The notes below the pieces were generated by a model. It was not told the DNA's origin and made no database searches. It worked only from the letters and a program-made list of their open reading frames with translations. A stretch of 64,000 bases of DNA from Candidatus Aquitaenariimonas noxiae. Lineage in GTDB: Bacteria > Omnitrophota > Gorgyraeia > Aquitaenariimonadales > Aquitaenariimonadaceae. This document shows positions 49,541 to 56,977 of this stretch, in pieces. The DNA lies in the NCBI GenBank assembly GCA_002780005.1, contig PEWV01000071.1, positions 69,754-133,753 of the forward strand, read 5' to 3'. The number at the start of each line of letters is the position of its first letter. Within the stretch, counting starts at the first letter, position 1. Both the position numbers and the translations under genes were made by a program.

Positions 49541-50137
49541 ATGCTTGAGAAGTTCTTGCTGGCTTTCATTCCATTATTTGTAGCCGTAGACGCGATAGGC
49601 GTTCTACCGGTATTCATTTCATTTACCCAAGGCCTTAGCAAGAAGGGTAAATCGAAAATGATAATAAACTCCATGATCACCGCCTTGTGCCTGGCTATCG
49701 GTTTTGTCTTCGTTGGAAAAGCTGTCTTTTCATTCCTCAAAATCACGGTTGGAGATTTTATGATAGCCGGCGGCCTTATACTCCTTTGTATAGCGATTAT
49801 TGACATCGTAAGCCCAGGCAAAAAAAGGCGCATCTCGAACGCGGAGCTGGGAAGCGTACCCCTGGGGACGCCGCTTATAGTAGGGCCTGCCGTCCTTACA
49901 ACTTCGCTCCTTATAATCGGAGAGTACGGCTTATATCCTACTTTAGCGGCAGTTATAATCAATGTTCTATTGGCCGGGGCAGTTTTCCTGGCTTCAGGCA
50001 CCCTGATAAAGATTATCGGCGAATCCGGCTCAAAGGCGCTGTCAAAAATAACAAGTTTATTACTAGCAGCTATAGCCATTATGATGATGAGAAAAGGAAT
50101 ATTTCAAATATTGATCGATCTGGGGAATCTTAGATAA
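49541..50137 (+). CDS. MarC-family (UPF0056) membrane protein
   Basis: N-terminus FIPLFVAVDAIGVLPVF, 6 TM. Confidence 0.8.
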   Translation: MLEKFLLAFIPLFVAVDAIGVLPVFISFTQGLSKKGKSKMIINSMITALCLAIGFVFVGKAVFSFLKITVGDFMIAGGLILLCIAIIDIVSPGKKRRISNAELGSVPLGTPLIVGPAVLTTSLLIIGEYGLYPTLAAVIINVLLAGAVFLASGTLIKIIGESGSKALSKITSLLLAAIAIMMMRKGIFQILIDLGNLR

Positions 50138-50138
50138 T

Positions 50139-50624
50139 ATGAGTTTAAAAATAGCTTTTATTGCGAGCTCTTTGTTGAATATTATATTAATAATGCTCCT
50201 TATATCTAAAAGCGGCGCTAAGGCCAGGATTTCTTCTTCCATAAAAAGAAAACATGAAGAGGAAGAAAAAGAGGAAAAGGGCTTAAGGAAAATAAAGAAC
50301 ACCCTGGCCCAGATCCGCAGGGAAGTTTCGCTCCTTATAGAAACGGTTGCGCTGAAAGGGACTATTCCTGCCGTTGAAATAGAGAAATTCATTCCGCAAA
50401 CGAAAGAAATGATCGAGCGGTTGGGAAACGGCAATATGAATTATCCTAAAAACATAATGACCAAGCTGGCCGTGACCAAGCTCAAGATCAACGACAAGTT
50501 AAACGAGATCTCCAAGCAAACGCAAGATGGAAAAGTAGAAGCGCTCGGATACCTTATAACACCTTCGCTGTTATCCATAAATTCCGCCATAAAAAATACC
50601 GTTGAAGCTATAGATAGCCTATAA
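50139..50624 (+). CDS. hypothetical membrane-anchored coiled-coil protein
   Basis: An N-terminal TM helix is followed by a charged EEEEKEEK stretch and a helical region. Confidence 0.5.
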   Translation: MSLKIAFIASSLLNIILIMLLISKSGAKARISSSIKRKHEEEEKEEKGLRKIKNTLAQIRREVSLLIETVALKGTIPAVEIEKFIPQTKEMIERLGNGNMNYPKNIMTKLAVTKLKINDKLNEISKQTQDGKVEALGYLITPSLLSINSAIKNTVEAIDSL

Positions 50625-50655
50625 ATCCTAGCATACCAAAATTCTAGGAGGGAAA

Positions 50656-51403
50656 TTGAACAAGCGCAAACAAAATTATAGCAAAAAAAGAGGATTACCG
50701 CTCAAACTCGTTTTTATCATATCAATATCGATACTAATCGGCGATGCATTTATTGAAGAACTTCTTTTCTTATTTTTTCCGACAATACCAGATAAGTACG
50801 TACCGTTTATAGACGCCTTGCTTCTTATCACTTTACTCTTACCCGTGCTTTACTTCTACCTGTATCGGCCTATCATCACCCAATTGGAGGAAACTAAAAG
50901 GGCTGAGGAGGTACTTCGAACTCTCGCGCTTTTTGACGAACTTACCGGATTGTACAATAGGCGGGGTTTCATGTCCCTTTCAGACCAGTTCTTAAGGCTT
51001 TCAAATCGCACAAAACGCGGGTTGATACTTGTTTTTGCTGATGTCGATAATATGAAACAAATAAATGATACTTTTGGTCATGCAGAAGGGGATAGGGCGC
51101 TTATTTGTACGGCCAGGGTGCTTCAAAACACCTTTCGAGGTTCTGATGTGATCGGAAGGGTGGGGGGGGGATGAATTCGCGGTGCTCGCATTGGAAGCTA
51201 AACACGAAAGCATGGATATCATCAGAAAGCGCTTGGCTGAAAACTTAAGAGCGGCGGAATGCAATCAACAAGCAAAATGCACTACTTCGCTTAGCATCGG
51301 AATGGTTCATTACAACCCGGAAAAGCCATGCCCGATAGAAGAATTGCTCCACAGGGCCGACATGCTTATGTATCAGGAAAAGAAATTTATTCAAGGCAAG
51401 TAA
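50656..51403 (+). pseudogene. GGDEF diguanylate cyclase with 2 N-terminal TM helices, frameshifted within a G9 homopolymer at the GGDEF codons
   Basis: ORF 50656..51174 ends ...SDVIGRVGGG*. The 51182..51403 ORF continues the GGDEF domain in another frame. Removing one G from the G9 run at 51161..51169 restores RVGGDEFAVLALEAKHESMDI... Confidence 0.8.
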
Positions 51404-51505
51404 AAACAGAGTTGGCGAGTAAGATCTCTCGCCCATCTTCGATGGGCTCGAGATCCGAAATTTCCCTGGAACAAAAGCTGTAGAAATTTCGGAGGGGAAG
51501 CTGAT

Positions 51506-51661
51506 ATGGAAAAGGAAAATACGTTAAAGGAGTGGGAAATCAATATTTGCCCGCTCAGGAATAAGCAGTGTCTGCGCAAGCAATGCGCATGGTGGCTTGA
51601 AAACGAGAATATGTGCATAGTCAGGAAAACTGGCATCGGACCGTTTAAACGGGTCGAATAA
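51506..51661 (+). CDS. small Cys-rich protein (51 aa), absent from ORF track
   Basis: The protein MEKENTLKEWEINICPLRNKQCLRKQCAWWLENENMCIVRKTGIGPFKRVE has 4 Cys. RBS GGAGGGGAAG lies 7 nt upstream. Confidence 0.5.
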   Translation: MEKENTLKEWEINICPLRNKQCLRKQCAWWLENENMCIVRKTGIGPFKRVE

Positions 51662-51676
51662 AATAAGGGGGGAAAT

Positions 51677-51982
51677 ATGATAGTAATGAGAGCTATGGGA
51701 TTATTTGCCATTATACCGGCCTCGGTATTATTAACGATCAGCTATTTTGTATTGGCTGCAAATAAAAGGCAGGAGGAAGGCAATTTAAAAGCCTTCGGCT
51801 ATGTGACTGCGATTTTACTATGGATTGCCGCAAGCCTTGTTCTTTTAGCCGGAAGCTACACAGTCATAACCGGCAAACACCCCATGCAAATAATGATGAA
51901 GCATATGATGAAACAGTGCCCTATGATGAAAGACCCCATGGGCCCAATGTGCCAGATGCCTGAAATGCCGCCGCAGAAGTAG
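51677..51982 (+). CDS. small membrane protein with Met/Cys-rich C-terminal tail (possible copper-binding)
   Basis: 2 TM, then HPMQIMMKHMMKQCPMMKDPMGPMCQMPEMPP. The Mx2-3M repeats resemble CusF/PcoC/CopC-type methionine motifs. Confidence 0.55.
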   Translation: MIVMRAMGLFAIIPASVLLTISYFVLAANKRQEEGNLKAFGYVTAILLWIAASLVLLAGSYTVITGKHPMQIMMKHMMKQCPMMKDPMGPMCQMPEMPPQK

Positions 51983-52039
51983 GGAATAACTATTATGGTA
52001 TCGGGTTTAGGGATTATGGGTTAGCAGGTAGGGATTAAA

Positions 52040-52453
52040 ATGCTATTTAGCGTAACCATGGAAAAAGAAGAAGCCCTAAAGGCTAAAATGGGCTCATTGG
52101 GAATAAAAGAATCGGATTTAATCGAAAAATTCATACTTGCAAGCAAGAAAGGCGGGCAAAAGGTCAATAAAACGTCCGCGTGCGTTTATCTTAAGCATAT
52201 ACCTACGGGAATCGAGGTAAAGTGCCAAAAAGAACGCTCTCAAGCTTTGAACAGGTTTCTCGCCAGAAGAATACTCGCCAATAAAATCGAATCTCTTATA
52301 ATGGGCAAAAAATCAGAGGAACGAAAAAGAATAGAAAAAATAAGACGCCAGAAAAGAAAGCGTTCCAAAAGAGCTAAGGAGAAAATGCTCGAATATAAAA
52401 AAATGCATTCCGAAAAGAAAGAGCTGCGCAAGCCGCTAACTGCCGATTTTTAA
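52040..52453 (+). CDS. arfB: peptidyl-tRNA hydrolase ArfB (GGQ-domain ribosome rescue factor)
   Basis: KKGGQKVNKTSACVYL GGQ motif, ...KCQKERSQALNR, and a Lys/Arg-rich C-terminal tail. 137 aa. Confidence 0.8.
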   Translation: MLFSVTMEKEEALKAKMGSLGIKESDLIEKFILASKKGGQKVNKTSACVYLKHIPTGIEVKCQKERSQALNRFLARRILANKIESLIMGKKSEERKRIEKIRRQKRKRSKRAKEKMLEYKKMHSEKKELRKPLTADF

Positions 52454-52468
52454 TGGAGGAAAAATATT

Positions 52469-53125
52469 ATGAAAAGGAAGCCAATTTCCATCATCTGCCT
52501 TATATTAAGCACGTTATTCATTTATCCTGCATTAACGCATGCCCAAGAGATGAAGCCTATAAAGCTTCTACCGCCGCAACTGGCCGGCAGTAAACCGCTT
52601 ATGGAAGTCTTACAAGAAAGAAAAAGCGAAAGGGAATTTAGTTCAAAAGAATTGCCCCTGCAAATACTCTCGGACTTGCTTTGGGCCGCAGATGGTATAA
52701 ACAGGCCGGGTTCCGGCAAGCGGACCGCGCCAACAGCAATGAATCTGCAGGAAATCGATATCTACGTCGCGAAAACAGACGGTCTTTATTTATACGATGC
52801 TAAAGATAATGCGCTCGCACCTGTTTTGACCGAAGATGTCCGAGCTCAAACCGGAAGCCAGATATTTGTAAAGAACGCACCGATAAATCTTATCTTTGTA
52901 GCTGATTTTGCCAAAATGGGTAATGTTTCAGCCGATGACGCAAATTTCTACTCCGCTACTGATACAGGATATATCAGCCAAAATGTATATTTATACTGCG
53001 CTTCCGCAGGCCTTGTGACTGTTGTACGGGGATGGGTTGACAGGCCAGCCCTGGTTAAGGTTATGAAATTGCGCCCTGACCAAAAAATAATTCTTGCGCA
53101 AACCGTAGGATATCCAAAAGAATAG
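52469..53125 (+). CDS. SagB/ThcOx-type nitroreductase-family protein with signal peptide
   Basis: The signal peptide, LPLQILSDLLWAADGINR, and the nitroreductase fold together fit it. Confidence 0.7.
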   Translation: MKRKPISIICLILSTLFIYPALTHAQEMKPIKLLPPQLAGSKPLMEVLQERKSEREFSSKELPLQILSDLLWAADGINRPGSGKRTAPTAMNLQEIDIYVAKTDGLYLYDAKDNALAPVLTEDVRAQTGSQIFVKNAPINLIFVADFAKMGNVSADDANFYSATDTGYISQNVYLYCASAGLVTVVRGWVDRPALVKVMKLRPDQKIILAQTVGYPKE

Positions 53126-53153
53126 GCGTGGGAGAGGTAACGCAGAGGTTAAA

Positions 53154-54728
53154 ATGCTGAAAAACCTTTCAAAACAGCTTTTTAAAATTAAAGATATCAA
53201 CTCTATTTTATCTGAAAGCCACGACCCTAGCCGAAGGCTCAAAAGGGCCCTTGGGGCGTTCGACCTTATTTTGCTTGGCATAGGCGCCATAATAGGCGCA
53301 GGTATATTCGCGACTGTAGGAACAGCAGCCGCAGGCGATGCTCTTCGTCCCGGCGCAGGCCCGGCACTTATTCTTTCTTTTGTCATTACTGGTATTGCTT
53401 GCGGTTTTGCCGCTTTATGCTACGCCGAACTGGCAGCCTTAGTTCCTATATCTGGAAGCGCCTATACTTACACTTATGCTACTTTCGGCGAATTAGTGGC
53501 ATGGATCATAGGCTGGGACCTCTTGATCGAATACGGCGTAGGAAGCATAGCCGTAGCTATAAGCTGGTCCGGCTATTTTGTGGAATTTTTGCGCGGTTTT
53601 GGGCTCACGTTACCAGCATGGTCTACCATAGATTACCGATCAGCGATGCATGGCTTTGAAAAAGCCTCAGCGCTTTTAGCAGGAGGCATGCCTATTGATC
53701 AGCTGGAACCAGTCTTACAGCGCACGTACGCAGCCGTGAATACCGCGCCCCACATATTAGGTATCCCTATTATTTGCAACATACCTGCCAGTTTCATAGT
53801 GCTTTTTCTTACAGTAGTCCTTGTCATAGGCATCAAAGAAAGTGCACGCTTCAATATGATAATGGTAATGATAAAACTCGTAGTGCTAGGTTTCTTTATA
53901 GTTGTCGGAGCGCATTACGTAAAACCACAAAACTGGGTGCCTTTTGCCCCGAACGGTTTTGCCGGAATAAGGGCAGGCGCGGCAATAGTCTTTTTTGCTT
54001 ACATAGGATTTGATTGCGTTTCAACGGTTGCTGAGGAAACGCGTAACCCAAAAAGAGATATGCCGATCGGTATTATCGGATCCTTGATAATTTGCACGAT
54101 AATTTATATTATTGTCGCGGCGGTATTCACGGGGATAGTCCCGTTTTCCATACTTAAAACTTCTTTGGCGCACCAAAAAGCTGAACCGCTCGCCATGGCT
54201 ATGCAGCATATTAACCTTAATTGGGCAGCTGGTTTTGTAGCGTTTGGCTCTATTATCGCGCATATGGCGGTTTTACTTGTTCTTATGCTGGGCCAGGCAA
54301 GGATATTTTTTTCCATGTCGCGCGATGGATTATTGCCTCCTGTTTTTTCGAAAGTTCATCATAGATTTAAAACGCCTTATATAAATAGTATAATTATCGG
54401 GTTAATTGCGGCACTTTTTGCTGCCGCAACAAACATAGATGAAATGGTAGACCTTACCAATATCGGAACGCTTTTCGCGTTTACTCTTGTCTGTTTTGGG
54501 GTTATTATTTTAAGGGTAAAAGAGCCTCTCAAACCGCGCACCTTTAAGGTGCCGTTTAATCCTATAACGCCGCTTCTCGGTGTCTTAGCCTGTATTTTTC
54601 TTATAACCGGCCTGCCTGCAATTACATGGTTAAGGTTTATTCTTTGGCTTATTATAGGCCTTGTTGTATATTTCCTTTATGGGATTAGGCATAGTTTGCT
54701 CCATAAAAAAACAAGGCTTACAGCTTAA
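53154..54728 (+). CDS. APC-family amino acid permease
   Basis: GAFDLILLGIGAIIGAGIF signature and about 13 TM. Confidence 0.85.
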   Translation: MLKNLSKQLFKIKDINSILSESHDPSRRLKRALGAFDLILLGIGAIIGAGIFATVGTAAAGDALRPGAGPALILSFVITGIACGFAALCYAELAALVPISGSAYTYTYATFGELVAWIIGWDLLIEYGVGSIAVAISWSGYFVEFLRGFGLTLPAWSTIDYRSAMHGFEKASALLAGGMPIDQLEPVLQRTYAAVNTAPHILGIPIICNIPASFIVLFLTVVLVIGIKESARFNMIMVMIKLVVLGFFIVVGAHYVKPQNWVPFAPNGFAGIRAGAAIVFFAYIGFDCVSTVAEETRNPKRDMPIGIIGSLIICTIIYIIVAAVFTGIVPFSILKTSLAHQKAEPLAMAMQHINLNWAAGFVAFGSIIAHMAVLLVLMLGQARIFFSMSRDGLLPPVFSKVHHRFKTPYINSIIIGLIAALFAAATNIDEMVDLTNIGTLFAFTLVCFGVIILRVKEPLKPRTFKVPFNPITPLLGVLACIFLITGLPAITWLRFILWLIIGLVVYFLYGIRHSLLHKKTRLTA

Positions 54729-54790
54729 AATAACACATCACGAAAAGGTCAAATTTAGAAATTTATTTTCTTAACGAAAAGGAGAAAAAT

Positions 54791-54952
54791 ATGTTTGATT
54801 TTAAAGACTTGGGAGATATGGCAAAATTAGCCGGCCAGGCAAAAGAAATGCAAAGACAACAAGACCAAAAACATCAAGAACAGATAAAATTACTCACGAA
54901 AATATCAAGTACGCTTGACCAGATACTAGTGGAATTGAAGAATAAGGGATAG
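54791..54952 (+). CDS. small hypothetical protein (53 aa, Gln/Lys-rich helical), absent from ORF track
   Basis: The protein is MFDFKDLGDMAKLAGQAKEMQRQQDQKHQEQIKLLTKISSTLDQILVELKNKG. RBS AAAGGAGAAAAATATG precedes it. Confidence 0.4.
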   Translation: MFDFKDLGDMAKLAGQAKEMQRQQDQKHQEQIKLLTKISSTLDQILVELKNKG

Positions 54953-54992
54953 TAGCCAGTAGTCAGTAGTTAGTAGCTAGGGATTAGGGAAT
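54951..54992. repeat. six tandem heptamers AGTAGNN/AGGGANT
   Basis: The repeat units are AGTAGCC AGTAGTC AGTAGTT AGTAGCT AGGGATT AGGGAAT. Confidence 0.6.
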
Positions 54993-55002
54993 ATAAAGTA
55001 AA

Positions 55003-55377
55003 ATGGAGAAGAAAGCGTTTGAAGAACTGGTTTTAAAGGCCCTGGAAGAGCTTCCTGAAGAGTTTAAATCAAAGCTAGAAAACATTGATGTAGTCATTGA
55101 AGACTTGCCGGATATGGCTACTGTAAAGGCCTTAAAATTGGGCTCTAAAGGCCATCTTTTAGGCCTATATGAGGGCGTTCCGTTAAAGAGTAGGGGACAT
55201 TATTATGGTATGGTAATGCCTGATAAAATAACGCTTTTTAAGGCCAATATTGAAGGCTCATGCGGATCTTCAAATCCTGCCGATTTATACAACCAGATAA
55301 AGCATGTTCTTGAGCACGAAATTGCTCATCATTTTGGTATTTCTGATAAGCGCCTAAAAGACCTAGGAACATACTAA
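55003..55377 (+). CDS. zincin-like metallopeptidase (Zincin_1/DUF1025-type)
   Basis: VLEHEIAHHFGISD (HExxH) in a 124-aa protein. This is the last + strand gene before the strand switch. Confidence 0.65.
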   Translation: MEKKAFEELVLKALEELPEEFKSKLENIDVVIEDLPDMATVKALKLGSKGHLLGLYEGVPLKSRGHYYGMVMPDKITLFKANIEGSCGSSNPADLYNQIKHVLEHEIAHHFGISDKRLKDLGTY

Positions 55378-55445
55378 GCTTAAAAGCAACTTAAAGCCCC
55401 AGTTTGAATCCTGATTAAAACCCCTTCCGAATCCCAATGGCCACA

Positions 55446-55473
55446 ACGTCCTATAATATATCTTATGTTAACT
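55446..55473. other. candidate dif site (XerCD chromosome-dimer resolution site)
   Basis: The 28-mer ACGTCCTATAATATATCTTATGTTAACT matches B. subtilis dif ACTTCCTAGAATATATATTATGTAAACT (as recalled) at 24 of 28 positions, and the XerD arm TTATGTTAA is conserved. It lies in an 860-bp ORF-free gap at the convergent strand switch. Confidence 0.6.
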
Positions 55474-56241
55474 AGCCAATCTTGTACATATTAGCCAGGG
55501 GGGAGGCTTAATAAAGGCTGGCACAGACTGCTCTATTTTGTGCTCAGGCCTATTCGGGCATGACAATTCGTAATTGCTTATTGAGTTTTTAAGGCATTAC
55601 ATGGCTTTTAAGGCCTGTTTCTTTTAGGAGTGCTGATAATCCCATTACCTGTAATGATCCGTTTCTCTATGGCGTTGCCTACCCACTTAAAAGGCCTATT
55701 GGAACGCCATATATTACTAGGTTTTGGTGTAATTTGCAGGCCTTAGACGCATAGCGTATTTTTGGGTATTTTTGGGGTTCTATTCTATTGGGTATGTTTA
55801 GGTATACTCAAGTCTAAACTTTAAAATTCTATTTATTCAATTGGTATTAGTTGATCAATGGATGGTTTTTAAAGATGTCCGAATTTGCTTATTTAGTCAG
55901 GGTTTAATTTGAATAAAAAAACTAGTGGTGCGGAATAATATTTAAAAACTTTATTGCGTTTTTAGTACATAAATAAAAAAGGGCACCTATTTTGGGTTCC
56001 CCCCCATTTTATGGTTTTTTTACAGGTGCCCATGCTTCAGCCGAAGCCGAAGCTAATTTCATGTTTCGGTTACTTCCTTTTTTAAAGAGCCTTTGCTTAC
56101 TTCTACTATAGAATATATCATACGTAGAAAAAATTACAAGTGGTATATCTTGCTTTTTTAACACCTAACATTTTTTAGCCTTTTTCCCCTATTTTTATTT
56201 TATTTTTTTAAAAAACTTTGGCGGGTTTTTATACTGCAGAA

Positions 56242-56970
56242 TTAAATCAAATAATCTTTTTTAATTCGTTTCAGGCTGCGAAAAATCTTGTCTTTAACAT
56301 CAGGGCATTCTTTTCTTATTTCACTTATAAGATTCTTTACATACCTTCTTTTTGTGATGTCGATCTGCGGGCATTTCTCAGGCAATTTTGGAAATTTGCA
56401 CTCTTCGGCAAATCTGGCAAGTTCATATTCTTCCACATAGGCTAGCGGCCTTATCAAATAAAGCTCTCCCCCAAACATCTTTTGCATTGGCGACATAGTG
56501 CTTATTTCGCCATTAAAAAATAGGTTCAAAAGCTGGGTTTGTATAATATCATCCTTATGGTGGGCCAGGGCTATTTTGCGGCATTTTAACTTTGCCGCAA
56601 GCCTGAATAAGGCCTTGCGCCTTATCCAGGAACACCAAAAACATGGGTTTTTATTAGGCTTTTTGGGGTCTTTAGAATCTAACTTCTTTTTGGGTTTTTC
56701 GATGTGAAACGTATAGCCGTTATCTTTTAAATATTTTCTTACTACTGAGGCGTTTTTATCATTTAAATTGATATGAACGGCTATGAGCTCATAATTTATA
56801 GGGACAAAGGCTTGCCTGTCTTTTAGGATCTTTAAAAGCGCTAAGCTGTCTTTTCCGCCAGAAACCGCAACTAGGATCCTATCCTTGTTCTTCATCATTC
56901 TGTAATCGGTCGTAGCCCTGCCTACTTTTTTTGAGATGAAGAACTCCCTTTTTGACATCAAGTTACTCAT
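56242..56970 (-). CDS. ttcA: tRNA 2-thiocytidine(32) synthetase TtcA-like PP-loop ATPase
   Basis: VAVSGGKDSLALL PP-loop, CFWCSWIRRKAL and HHKDD.ET motifs. Confidence 0.8.
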   Translation of the reverse strand: MSNLMSKREFFISKKVGRATTDYRMMKNKDRILVAVSGGKDSLALLKILKDRQAFVPINYELIAVHINLNDKNASVVRKYLKDNGYTFHIEKPKKKLDSKDPKKPNKNPCFWCSWIRRKALFRLAAKLKCRKIALAHHKDDIIQTQLLNLFFNGEISTMSPMQKMFGGELYLIRPLAYVEEYELARFAEECKFPKLPEKCPQIDITKRRYVKNLISEIRKECPDVKDKIFRSLKRIKKDYLI

Positions 56971-56977
56971 GGGGCTC

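Noticed and set aside
55391..55440. tRNA fragment near AGTTTGAATCC / TTCCGAATCC
   Set aside because: The T-loop-like strings lack complementary stems and the conserved C56. Neither strand gives a cloverleaf.
55378..56241. oriC in the ORF-free island
   Set aside because: No DnaA-box-like 9-mers were seen. The flanking genes converge rather than diverge, and the dif-like site argues for the terminus instead.
56218..56445. ORF 56218..56445 (+)
   Set aside because: It overlaps ttcA on the opposite strand and is low-complexity.
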